Source: an uncultured Chloroflexia bacterium (lineage in GTDB: Bacteria; Chloroflexota; Dehalococcoidia; DSTF01; JALHUB01). Taken from it: a DNA stretch of 64,000 bases. Below are positions 18,480 to 27,448 of this stretch, in pieces. Made by a program: the position numbers and the translations under genes. The stretch is taken from contig OY969814.1 of NCBI GenBank assembly GCA_963703345.1, positions 64,001 through 128,000 on the forward strand, in the 5' to 3' direction. The notes under the pieces were generated by a model. It searched no databases, was not told the DNA's origin, and was given only the letters and a program-made list of their open reading frames with translations. Positions within the stretch are counted from its first letter, which is position 1. Each line of letters opens with the position of its first letter.

Positions 18480-19706
18480 ATGCGTGTCGTCGCTGCTGTA
18501 CAATCGCGAATCCGTCTCCGCAGTATCCTACTAGCCGTCCTCCTATTGCCAATGGTAGCAGTACTTACTGCACGCGACGCCCAGGCGATTCCCACCGTCA
18601 TTGCCACAATCGACACCGGGGCCAATATCTACGCCGTTGACGTCAACCCGATAACGAATCGTATATACGTGACTCATGCCAACGGCCCCGAGCAATGGGG
18701 GTCGTGCAGTGCAGGCTACACGTCAGTCGTCAACGGCGAGACTAACACGGTGGTGTCCACAATAGAACTGCCAAACACCGAGTTTGACATCGCGGTTAAC
18801 CCCAACACGAACCGCATCTACGTGACCAGCCACAATTGCTGCATCCTATCAGTAATCGATGGCGCGACGGACACGAAGATGGCAGATATTCCGCTTGGAG
18901 GTGGGACGTGGGGAGGGTGTTGGGGCGTAACCGTGAACCCTGCGACGAACCGCGTCTACGCCAACAAATGGAGCACGCTGTACGTCATTGACGGCGACAC
19001 GAACGCCATAGTCGGAACCACCGGCGTGGCGTCAAACGCCTACTTCATGGATACCAACCCCCTCACCAACCGCATATACGTGTCGGACTTTGACTACGGC
19101 GTTTCCGTAATCGACGGGTCAACGAACGCTGTGGTCGCCAACATTCCCCTGCCCACTCACCCGCGTGGAGTGGCAGTTGACGCCAGCGCTAACAGAATCT
19201 ATGTGGCGAGTGCCGGCGCGGGGGTCGTGTCAGTCATCGATGGAGTTGCCAACGCAGTTGTGGCCACGATACCGGTAGTAGGGGCCCCAATAGGTGTCGC
19301 ACTGAACTCGGCTACCGGCCGAGTCTACGTTGCCGACGGCTGGAGTGACGATATCACCATCATCGATGTGGCCACCAACACGGTGCTGGGCAGGGTGGCA
19401 GTGGGGGACAATCCTAGCGGTGCTGTTGCCGACGTGGCGGTGAACCCCACCACTGGCCGCATTTACGCGTCCAGCTACAGCGATGGCACGGTGGCCGTAA
19501 TGCAGGATGTACTTCCGCCCACACCAACGCCGCGTACGCACGGAGTCGGCGGCAAGGTCAAGCTTCCGCCAGCCGCCATCGCAGCGGAGTCTGGCGCGTC
19601 GGCCGAGGACTCCGGCTGGACGGCACCAGCCTATGCAGCTTTGGTGGGCGGTGCTCTAGTGCTGGCGGCTGGCGCTTGGTACGTGAGGAGGCGTTGGCTG
19701 ACTTAG
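18480..19706 (+). CDS. Secreted YVTN/YncE-type 7-bladed beta-propeller protein with C-terminal membrane anchor
   Basis: Signal peptide ending AQA; seven xVNPxTNRIYV-type repeats; PT linker, TM and WYVRRRWLT; AAGGAGG SD. Confidence 0.88.
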   Translation: MRVVAAVQSRIRLRSILLAVLLLPMVAVLTARDAQAIPTVIATIDTGANIYAVDVNPITNRIYVTHANGPEQWGSCSAGYTSVVNGETNTVVSTIELPNTEFDIAVNPNTNRIYVTSHNCCILSVIDGATDTKMADIPLGGGTWGGCWGVTVNPATNRVYANKWSTLYVIDGDTNAIVGTTGVASNAYFMDTNPLTNRIYVSDFDYGVSVIDGSTNAVVANIPLPTHPRGVAVDASANRIYVASAGAGVVSVIDGVANAVVATIPVVGAPIGVALNSATGRVYVADGWSDDITIIDVATNTVLGRVAVGDNPSGAVADVAVNPTTGRIYASSYSDGTVAVMQDVLPPTPTPRTHGVGGKVKLPPAAIAAESGASAEDSGWTAPAYAALVGGALVLAAGAWYVRRRWLT

Positions 19707-19728
19707 CTCGCGCCGCTTGCCACACCGC

Positions 19729-19757
19729 TTGCCAGACGACCCGAGACGACGTACAAT
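19729..19757 (+). promoter_or_regulatory. sigma70-type promoter for a non-coding transcript
   Basis: TTGCCA-N17-TACAAT; -35 overlapped by tandem CCGCTTGCCA x2 (19713, 19725). Confidence 0.6.
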
Positions 19758-19763
19758 CCGGTC

Positions 19764-20043
19764 GTCAGATGTCACGCGGGCAAGACCGCAGGATTCGTCC
19801 TCGTAGAGCGCCATCTGACCCTTCCCGCAGATTCGGCGAATAGCGTCGAGTGTGGGCCGAACGGCAAACGGACTTTTAATCCTCATGTCGGGAGTTCGAG
19901 TCTCCCCTGGCCAGAGTGCCATTTCCGGGTGGCAATCGTCGCGACGCTGTGCTCTAATGGATGCGTCCGCACCCGATCGCCACCGGCGACCGGCGGGCCG
20001 GGGATCGCCCCCTCCGACAGTCAATCAAACAGGGGCGCTTTTT
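19764..20043 (+). ncRNA. Candidate structured ncRNA containing a tRNA-Lys 3' half
   Basis: Stem GTCAGATG/CATCTGAC starts at the predicted +1; UUCG-capped hairpin; further stems; CGCCCC/GGGGCG plus TTTTT at the end. Confidence 0.4.
19870..19913 (+). pseudogene. 3' half of tRNA-Lys(UUU) (att-site remnant or tRNA-like module)
   Basis: GGA-CTTTTAA-TCC anticodon loop, ATGTC variable loop, GGGAG-TTCGAGT-CTCCC T arm, CTGGCCA; no D arm. Confidence 0.7.
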
Positions 20044-20130
20044 CAGATTCACAGACCCGCTGATTTTCCCAAACAAATTCAATCAAAGCCCCCGATAGAG
20101 CCCCAAAAACAATTGAATTCAACCGGTCAA

Positions 20131-20709
20131 TCAAGCGCCTGAGCGCGCCAGCAGAGCCGGCCTGCGACAGCAGTAGGAAAGTCGCGACGACGCCGGTTGA
20201 CTGTCTCCAAAGCTTAGAATCTCGACCGACGGCGCCTCCGGCATGATGCGTACGTCCGGTGGCCGCCCCAGCGCGTCTACCGCCTCCTCCGCTATCTGCG
20301 ACCGGGCGACCAGCAGCACGTCGCGACCGCTGTTCCACGCTTCGACCGCCTCCTGGCAAATGCCGCCCCCTGCCAGCTCCAGCGGCCCGAACTCGTCGAT
20401 TACGATGAGGTCGAAGGGCTGACGGACCGCACGCTCCAGCGCCGCCCGCGCCAGGTCTAGACCCTCGCGACGGATTGTCGTGTTGCGGGCGCGGCGGTCC
20501 CAGGGCACGGGCGCGATCGACCGGGCGATGGGCACGCTCTCCTCGGTCGCGAGATCGACGGCGTCGGCACCGACACGGTTGCCGCCATAGTGCACGGCCG
20601 GAGCGAGCACGCCGCCAACCTTCAGCCCGTCCCGTCGCGCCGAGTCGATCATTCGCCGGCAGAAGCTGGTCTTGCCGCAGCCTGATTCACCGGTTACCAG
20701 AATCCTCAT
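20131..20709 (-). CDS. THEP1-like nucleoside triphosphatase (NTPase_1/DUF2478)
   Basis: Walker A GESGCGKT, VGGVLAP, Walker B LIVIDEFGPLE. Confidence 0.82.
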   Translation of the reverse strand: MRILVTGESGCGKTSFCRRMIDSARRDGLKVGGVLAPAVHYGGNRVGADAVDLATEESVPIARSIAPVPWDRRARNTTIRREGLDLARAALERAVRQPFDLIVIDEFGPLELAGGGICQEAVEAWNSGRDVLLVARSQIAEEAVDALGRPPDVRIMPEAPSVEILSFGDSQPASSRLSYCCRRPALLARSGA

Positions 20710-20951
20710 CTCACACCATCCTGTCATCATCGCCGCCGTCATGGCGACTGCGAACCCGCGTTTGCGGCGTTCCTAACGACATTACATTTGGAAGGTGCAC
20801 GTAACGTGAAGGCAAGCATCGCTTACATGCAGGAAACATGAAACCAGCGCTCGACGAAACGCGAGCTGCGGCGTTGGAGTCCCTTCACCACGTGTCGGCG
20901 GGAATCGACGTTCTTGCTGCAGCACGGGGGAGGGCCGCTCGGTTGGCGAGA

Positions 20952-22874
20952 CTACGCCTGCTGCTCAGCGAGCTGCGCGCTCATCTGCCGCCACGCCTCC
21001 CGCGCCTCTTCCACCGAGCCCTCGTCCTCGATCGTCGAGACATCGCCCGGGTCTTTGCCGGACACAACCGCCTTCAGCACTCGGCGCATAATCTTGCCGC
21101 TGCGCGTCTTCGGCAGCATCTCCACGAAGTTGAGGTCGCCGACGACGACGAGGGCTCCCAGTTGCTGGCGCACGGTCTGCAAGAGCTCCTTGCGCAGCTC
21201 CTCCGACGGCTTCTGCCCCTGCTTCAGCACGACGAAGGCGGATACGACCTCGCCGCGTAGCTCATCGGGGCGGCCCGTCACGCCCACCTCCGCGCAGGCG
21301 GGATGATGCAGGAAGGCCGTCTCTACTTCAATCGTGCCGATGCGGTGCGCCGCGATCTTTATCACTTCGTCGGCGCGGCCGCTGAACCAGACGTAGCCGT
21401 CATCGTCGATGGATGCGGCGTCGCCGGTCGAGTAGACACTGGCGTTCGCGATGCGCTCCCAGTAGTCCAGGCCATAGCGCTCCGGCTCGCCCCAGAGCGT
21501 CGACGTCAGGCCCGGGAACGGACGCTTGATGACGAAGAGGCCCTTCTCATTCGCCGCGCAAGGCTCGCCCTCCGCCGTCATGATCGCCGCCTCGATGCCG
21601 GGCAGAGGGATGCCGCCGGAGCCGGGCTTTATCGGCAGGAGCCCGAGGCCGTACGGGTTGCCGACGATTGGCCCGCCCGTCTCCGTCGCCCACATGTGGT
21701 CGATGACCGGCACCTCGTCCCGAAGCACCTCCTTTTGCAGCCACTCCCAGGCCGGCGCGTTCAGCACCTCGCCGGCACAGAAGACGCGCTCCAGCGAGCT
21801 CAGGTCGGAGGCGCGCGCGGCGTCGGCGCCGTAGCGCATGAGCAGGCGCACCAGCGTTGGCGACGTGAAGATGCCGCTCACCTTGTTCTCCTCAATGATG
21901 CGATAGAAAGTCTCCGGGCCCGGATGGTCGGGCGCGCCCTCGAAGGCGATGGTGGCGCAGCCGTAGAGCAGCGGCGCGTGCACGATGTACGCATGGCCCA
22001 CAATCCAGCCGATGTCTGAGGTCGACCACCAGACATCGTTGTCCTTCAGCCCGAAGAGCCAGTTGGCCATGCTCCACGTGTGCACCTGATAGCCGCCGTG
22101 CGTGTGCGTTGCCAGCTTCGGCTTGGCCGTCGTGCCGGAGGTAGGGAGAATGTAGGCCGGCTCGTTCGCCTCCATCACCTCGTAGCCGTCGTTCTGGCCT
22201 TCGCCGAGCGCCAGGAAGTCGTCCCAGGTGATGTCGCGACCCGCCTGCATCGGGATGTCGGCGTCGCTGCGACGCAGCACTACGACGCGCTCGACGACCT
22301 GGTCCGCGCCCTCGGCAAGGCAGGCATCGACAATGTCTTTCAGGGAAACGTCCTTGCCCTTGCGGTAGACGATGTCGGAGGCGAAGATTGCCCGCGCGCC
22401 CGTGCGGACGACGCGGTCGGCGAAGGCGGCAGCGCCGAAACCGGCGAAGATGGCGACATGGATGGCCCCAATGCGCACCGCGGCCAGCATGACCATTATC
22501 GCTTCCGGGCAGGTGGGCATGTAGATGGCAATGCGATCGCCGCGCTTGATGCCCATGCCGCGAAGGGCGGCCGCGACGCGTTTCACTTCATAGAGAAGCT
22601 GCGCGTAGGTGTAGACGCGCCGGCCGCCGCGCTCGTCCTCGGCGATGAGCGCCGCGCGCCCGCCGCGTCCGCGCTCGACATGATAGTCGAGGCAGTTGTA
22701 GCAGAGGTTCGTTTTGCCGCCCAGGAACCAGCGAAAAGTGGGCGGCGTCCATTCGAACACGGTGTCCCACTTGCGGAACCAGGGGAGCCGGTCGGCGGCA
22801 TCGGCCCAGAAGCGCTCCGGGTCGTCAACGGCGGAGCGACAGAACTTGCGCACTAGCGGGTTGATCACTTCCAT
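20952..22874 (-). CDS. acs: Acetate--CoA ligase (AMP-forming acyl-CoA synthetase)
   Basis: TSGTTAKPK, DIGWIVGH, WATETGG, GRADEVIK, LPKTRSGKIMRR; substrate could also be propionate. Confidence 0.88.
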   Translation of the reverse strand: MEVINPLVRKFCRSAVDDPERFWADAADRLPWFRKWDTVFEWTPPTFRWFLGGKTNLCYNCLDYHVERGRGGRAALIAEDERGGRRVYTYAQLLYEVKRVAAALRGMGIKRGDRIAIYMPTCPEAIMVMLAAVRIGAIHVAIFAGFGAAAFADRVVRTGARAIFASDIVYRKGKDVSLKDIVDACLAEGADQVVERVVVLRRSDADIPMQAGRDITWDDFLALGEGQNDGYEVMEANEPAYILPTSGTTAKPKLATHTHGGYQVHTWSMANWLFGLKDNDVWWSTSDIGWIVGHAYIVHAPLLYGCATIAFEGAPDHPGPETFYRIIEENKVSGIFTSPTLVRLLMRYGADAARASDLSSLERVFCAGEVLNAPAWEWLQKEVLRDEVPVIDHMWATETGGPIVGNPYGLGLLPIKPGSGGIPLPGIEAAIMTAEGEPCAANEKGLFVIKRPFPGLTSTLWGEPERYGLDYWERIANASVYSTGDAASIDDDGYVWFSGRADEVIKIAAHRIGTIEVETAFLHHPACAEVGVTGRPDELRGEVVSAFVVLKQGQKPSEELRKELLQTVRQQLGALVVVGDLNFVEMLPKTRSGKIMRRVLKAVVSGKDPGDVSTIEDEGSVEEAREAWRQMSAQLAEQQA

Positions 22875-22913
22875 CGGTCTACCTCCAAGAGCGAGCGGGT
22901 TGCGGTGAGAAGA

Positions 22914-22942
22914 ATGCTACTCGGCAGTCGATCAGTGGTCAA
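22914..22942 (-). promoter_or_regulatory. sigma70 promoter for acs
   Basis: TTGACC-N17-TAGCAT. Confidence 0.55.
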
Positions 22943-23065
22943 CGGCGGCAAACGGGGGCGTCATCTAGAGGGCCTGCTTGAACCACGTGGTGGGCGCTGA
23001 GACTGGTCGCCGGGGCGCCGGCGCGCATCTTCATCGGACGCGAGACCTTTGCTATGATGCTTCGC

Positions 23066-23803
23066 GTGGAAGTCGAAGGAAAGGTCGCGATAGTTACAGG
23101 CGCGTCGTCGGGCATCGGCCTTGCGACGGCAAGGCTGCTCGCCGAGCGCGGCGCGAAGGTCGGCCTGGTCGCTCGGTCAGTGGACAAGCTGAACGCGCTG
23201 TCGCGGGAGCTGCCCGACTCCTTCGTCGCCGCCGCGGACATGAGCGTCGAGGGCGACGTGAGGGAGATGGTGAGACGCGTGGAGGCGCACTACGGCCGCA
23301 TCGACATCCTGGTCAACTGCGCCGGTCGCGGCTACGATGCCCCCGTGGAACACATCGACACGGACGAGTTCCGGCGCCTGTTCGAGCTGGACGTCGTCGG
23401 CCCGCTGGTCGCCATGCAGTCCGTCATCGCCATAATGCGCCGGCAGGGCGGCGGCGCAATCGTGAACGTCAGCTCCGGGACGTCGCTGATGAACCTGCCG
23501 TACATGGGCCCCTATTCCGCCCTGAAGCGGGCGCTGAACGGCCTAACGCTCGGGGCACGCGAGGAGTTGAAAGACGACGGCATTGTGGTGAGCGTGGTCT
23601 ACCCATACATTACGGCGACCGACTTCGAGGAGAACACGATCGTCGATAGCCACGTGCCGCAGTGGGAAGGCGACGGCGAAGGGCTGCGGCCGCCCGATTC
23701 AGCGGAGCATGTCGCCGAGCGCATCCTGAACGTGATCGCGAGCGGCAAGGCCGAGCAGTTTGCGCACGACTGGATGGCGCGACTCGGCTCGTCGGGCGCC
23801 TGA
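23066..23803 (+). CDS. SDR family oxidoreductase
   Basis: TGASSGIG, NCAG, NVSS, YSALK. Confidence 0.93.
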   Translation: MEVEGKVAIVTGASSGIGLATARLLAERGAKVGLVARSVDKLNALSRELPDSFVAAADMSVEGDVREMVRRVEAHYGRIDILVNCAGRGYDAPVEHIDTDEFRRLFELDVVGPLVAMQSVIAIMRRQGGGAIVNVSSGTSLMNLPYMGPYSALKRALNGLTLGAREELKDDGIVVSVVYPYITATDFEENTIVDSHVPQWEGDGEGLRPPDSAEHVAERILNVIASGKAEQFAHDWMARLGSSGA

Positions 23804-23828
23804 GTCAGGCGGTCAACGGGAACACTCC

Positions 23829-25271
23829 CTACGCGTCCGGGGACTGGTCCTGCTCCTCCAGCCAGCGGTAGTAGCCGGTGTACTTGTAAAGCGCCCGGCA
23901 GGCCCGCTCGATGGTCTTAAAGACGGGGATTTGCGCCTTGAGGAGGCGCGCGGTTACCTGCAGCCGGTCCTTCTCAGTCTCCAGCCGCTCCGACGTACAG
24001 CGTATCGCGACCACGAACGGCTGACGGTGTGGCTTCTTCGCAAAGCGGACGAAGTACTTCGCCAGGTCGCGGGCCCCGCCCCACCACGGCACGTTGCGCG
24101 GGAAGACCTGCGCCGTCATCAGGATTATGTCGATTACCGGGTCCTTGGCGACGGTCTCGACGACGCGGATGAAATCCTCCGGCCCGCGCAGTTGCATCGC
24201 CACGTCGAGCGGGTTTCGTACGCTCGTGCCGGCGACGCCGATGAAGCCGCGCAGCTCCTTCTGAATGTCCTCCGAGATGTCGGGCACGGATAGGCCCTCG
24301 CGGACGCAGATGTCGGTCGTGATCACGCCGTTACCGCCGGCGCTACCGATGAGCGCGGCGCCCCTGCCCGTACACGGCGGCAGCCGGACGAAAGCCTGAA
24401 GCACATCGACCATCTCTTCGATTGAGTCAACTCGGATGGCGCCAGACTGGGCGAAGAAGGCGTTCCAGACGGCATCCTGCCCGGCGAGCGAGCCGGTGTG
24501 GGAGGCAACCGCCCTGGCGCCCGCCGCCGTGAAGCCGCCCTTGAGAACGACGATCGGCTTCCTGGGCGAGATGCGCTGCACCATTCGCAGCAGCTTGCGG
24601 CCGTCGCGCACGCCCTCGAGGTACATGCCGATGTACTTGGTCTCGGGGTCGTTCTCAAAGTACTCCAGGTAGTCGGTGCAGTCGAGGACGTAGCCGTTGC
24701 CGTAGGAGATGACTTTGCTCATGCGGAGGTTGTAGTCCGGCGCCATGCGCACGAACTCGCTGCCGAGCGCGCCGCTCTGCGTGAGCATCGCTATCGGGCC
24801 GACCTCCGTCGGGAGCGGGCCCCAGGGCGAGATGCGCCCGCGCGGCGAGTAGATGCCCATGCAGTTCGGTCCGACGATGTTCAGCTTGCCGCGGGCGGCT
24901 ATCTCGCGCAGCTTCTCGGCCAGCGCGGCGCCTTCCTCCTCGCCGGTCTCGGCGAAGCCGGCGGTGAACATGTGGATGTTGTGGACGCCGCAGTCGATGC
25001 ACTCCTGCAGCGCGTCCTCGGCCCTCGAGGCGTTCACAGCCATGATGACCAGGTCGGGCTTCTCCGGCAGCGACGCCAGCGAAGGATAGCACTTCAACCC
25101 CATGATCTCTTCGGCGGATGGATTGATAGGGTAGAGGTTGCCTTCGTACCCCATGGACATGATCGACCAGATGAACTGGTTGCCGCCGCCGCGCATTCTG
25201 CTCCTCGAAGCGCCGAGAACAGCGACGGACCGGGGCGTGAAGGCCATCTCCAGCTCGGGATTCCAGGCCAT
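23829..25271 (-). CDS. NDP-forming acyl-CoA synthetase, alpha (CoA-binding) subunit
   Basis: PRSVAVLGAS, GFAETG, GPNCMG, QSGA, YLEG, SHTGSLAG, NPLD; no ATP-grasp domain. Confidence 0.88.
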   Translation of the reverse strand: MAWNPELEMAFTPRSVAVLGASRSRMRGGGNQFIWSIMSMGYEGNLYPINPSAEEIMGLKCYPSLASLPEKPDLVIMAVNASRAEDALQECIDCGVHNIHMFTAGFAETGEEEGAALAEKLREIAARGKLNIVGPNCMGIYSPRGRISPWGPLPTEVGPIAMLTQSGALGSEFVRMAPDYNLRMSKVISYGNGYVLDCTDYLEYFENDPETKYIGMYLEGVRDGRKLLRMVQRISPRKPIVVLKGGFTAAGARAVASHTGSLAGQDAVWNAFFAQSGAIRVDSIEEMVDVLQAFVRLPPCTGRGAALIGSAGGNGVITTDICVREGLSVPDISEDIQKELRGFIGVAGTSVRNPLDVAMQLRGPEDFIRVVETVAKDPVIDIILMTAQVFPRNVPWWGGARDLAKYFVRFAKKPHRQPFVVAIRCTSERLETEKDRLQVTARLLKAQIPVFKTIERACRALYKYTGYYRWLEEQDQSPDA

Positions 25272-25277
25272 GCGGCG

Positions 25278-26093
25278 TCAGCTCTCCTTCCCTTTTCGAC
25301 CGTCCGGCACGCCGGCGAGGAAGTCAAAGACGATGCGGCTGAACTCCTGCGGCGCTTCCAGCGCGGGCGTGTGACCGGTCGGCAGGAGCTTGAGGCGGCT
25401 GCCCGTGATGGCCGCCTGCGCTGCCTTCGCCATCTCGACGGACATGAAGGCGTCGCGCTCGCCGGCGATTATCAGGACCGGGCAGGAAAGGCGGCTCACG
25501 TCCGGCGGCGGCGCCTGCATGACGGCGAGCCACACTCGGGCAAAGGCGCGGGGGTCGTTCGCCAGCTTGATTCGCTTGTAGCGCTCGAACAGCGCCGTGT
25601 CGCGCTCGTTGAGGCCGGGTGAGAACGACGACGCCGTCATCTGCTCGGCCACCGTCTCCAGGTCGCCGCGTTCCAGCGCCTCGATGAGCTGCCGCCTTCG
25701 CTCGTCGGCGCCAGCCGGCCGCGGGCCCACGCCGATGCCGCTGCTCGACAGGATGAGCGCCCGCACCATTTCCGGCTGCTCGATGGCGAGCTGCAGAGCG
25801 ATACGCCCGCCCATGGAGTGGCCGAGAGCGAAGGCGTAATCGATATCGAGGGCGCGCAGGAGCTCGCGCAGGTCGGCGGCAAGGAGCGACACGTCTACCT
25901 CCGCCTCGCCGAGTTCCGTCTCGCCGAAGCCGCGTATGTCGTAGGTCAGGACGCGGTAGCAGCGGGAGAACTCCGCGACCTGCGCGTCCCAGAGGCGAAG
26001 GCTGTCGCCGGCGCCGTGGACGAGGACAAGGCATTCGCCCTCGCCGGCCAGCTCGTAGTTCATCAGGATGCCGTTTGCGCGCAGCTTCGACAC
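25278..26093 (-). CDS. Alpha/beta hydrolase (enol-lactonase-like)
   Basis: LVHG, YDIRGFG, GHSMGG, GERD, GH. Confidence 0.9.
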   Translation of the reverse strand: MSKLRANGILMNYELAGEGECLVLVHGAGDSLRLWDAQVAEFSRCYRVLTYDIRGFGETELGEAEVDVSLLAADLRELLRALDIDYAFALGHSMGGRIALQLAIEQPEMVRALILSSSGIGVGPRPAGADERRRQLIEALERGDLETVAEQMTASSFSPGLNERDTALFERYKRIKLANDPRAFARVWLAVMQAPPPDVSRLSCPVLIIAGERDAFMSVEMAKAAQAAITGSRLKLLPTGHTPALEAPQEFSRIVFDFLAGVPDGRKGKES

Positions 26094-26220
26094 GTCGTCT
26101 CCGTGTGGAACAGCAAAGGTCGGCCGGAATGGAGCGCGGACAGGGATATTGTGGGTTCAGGTTGCGGATGAAGTCAACCGCGGACGACACGGGGCGGAGA
26201 TGCCGTGGCAGCGGCCGCCC

Positions 26221-27435
26221 CTACAGCAGCAGGGTCACAGGCGATTCCAGCAATCGTTTTATCTCGCTGAGGAACTGCGCGCCCAGCGCACCGTCGGTGA
26301 CGCGGTGGTCGCCGGAGAGGGCGGCGCGCATCACCTCCGCAGTCTCGACAACTCCATCGCGCGCGACCGGCTGCGACTTCACGCGCCCGACACCCAGAAT
26401 CGCGGTCTGCGGCGGCTGGATGATGGCGATAAGCTCGTCGATGCCGTACATGCCCAGGTTGCTAACGGTGAAGGTTCCGGCGCCGTACTCGTCCGGCTTG
26501 AGGCTGCCCGATTTCGCCCGTTCCGCCAGGCTGCGACTCGCCTGGGCGATCTCGACGAGGCTCTTGTGGCCGCAGTCGAGGATGGCCGGGGCGATCAGCC
26601 CTTCCTCTAGCGCAATGCCGATGCAGACGTTTTGCGCTTCCTGCTGCTGGACCTGCTCGTCCACGAACCAGGTGTTGAATATGGGGTAACGCTGGAGCGC
26701 CTTCGCCGACGCTTTGACCAGCAGGTCGTTGACGGAGATATGCGCCTGGTCGCCGAGGGCGGCGTTGAGCTGCGCCCGGAAGCGCCGCGCCTCCGTCATG
26801 TCGATATCCACCGTCACGTAGTAATGGGGTGCCTCGCGCTTGCTCTTCGCCATGCGCCGCGCGATGGCCTGCCGCATCCGGCTCATCGAGGCTGGGGGCG
26901 ACTCCTTTGCCATCTCCAGGGGCTTAGGCGAGGGCTGCGCCATTCGCGTTTGAAGGAAGCCTTCGACATCCTCGCGCGTGATGCGCCCTTCCGGGCCCGT
27001 GCCGTGGACCTGGGCCAGGTCGACTCCCTTCTCCTCAGCCATGCGGCGGGCGACGGGCGAGGCGTGGACGCGTCCGTCACCGCGACCCGGTGGCTCGCGC
27101 GCGGGCGCCTGGGCGGCGGAAGGTCGGGCCACCGTCGCCATCGCCGGCTCGCGCTCGCGGGCGGCGGTAGGCGCCTCGTACTTCGATATGTCCTCGTCGG
27201 GAGCAGCGAGAACGGCGATCACCTGGCCCACGGCAACAACGTCGCCGGGCTGGGCCAGCGCCTTGCGGAACACGCCGCCCTCGAACGCCTCGATCTCGAT
27301 ATTCGCCTTGTCCGTCTCGATCTCCGCTATGGCCTCGCCGCGCTGTACCTCATCGCCCTCTTTCTTCAGCCAGCGAATGAGGGTGCCTTCCTTCATGTCG
27401 GCCCCCATCTGAGGCATCACGACCTCGTAAGCCAT
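26221..27435 (-). CDS. pdhC: Pyruvate dehydrogenase E2 dihydrolipoamide acetyltransferase
   Basis: Lipoyl ETDKA, ASPVARR...GTGPEGRI, SNLGM, DHRVTDG. Confidence 0.93.
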   Translation of the reverse strand: MAYEVVMPQMGADMKEGTLIRWLKKEGDEVQRGEAIAEIETDKANIEIEAFEGGVFRKALAQPGDVVAVGQVIAVLAAPDEDISKYEAPTAAREREPAMATVARPSAAQAPAREPPGRGDGRVHASPVARRMAEEKGVDLAQVHGTGPEGRITREDVEGFLQTRMAQPSPKPLEMAKESPPASMSRMRQAIARRMAKSKREAPHYYVTVDIDMTEARRFRAQLNAALGDQAHISVNDLLVKASAKALQRYPIFNTWFVDEQVQQQEAQNVCIGIALEEGLIAPAILDCGHKSLVEIAQASRSLAERAKSGSLKPDEYGAGTFTVSNLGMYGIDELIAIIQPPQTAILGVGRVKSQPVARDGVVETAEVMRAALSGDHRVTDGALGAQFLSEIKRLLESPVTLLL

Positions 27436-27448
27436 GGTCCTCCTCCTC

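Noticed and set aside
19854-19916. Functional full-length tRNA-Lys
   Set aside because: No D arm, only 3 of 5 anticodon-stem pairs and 5 of 7 acceptor pairs; treated as a fragment.
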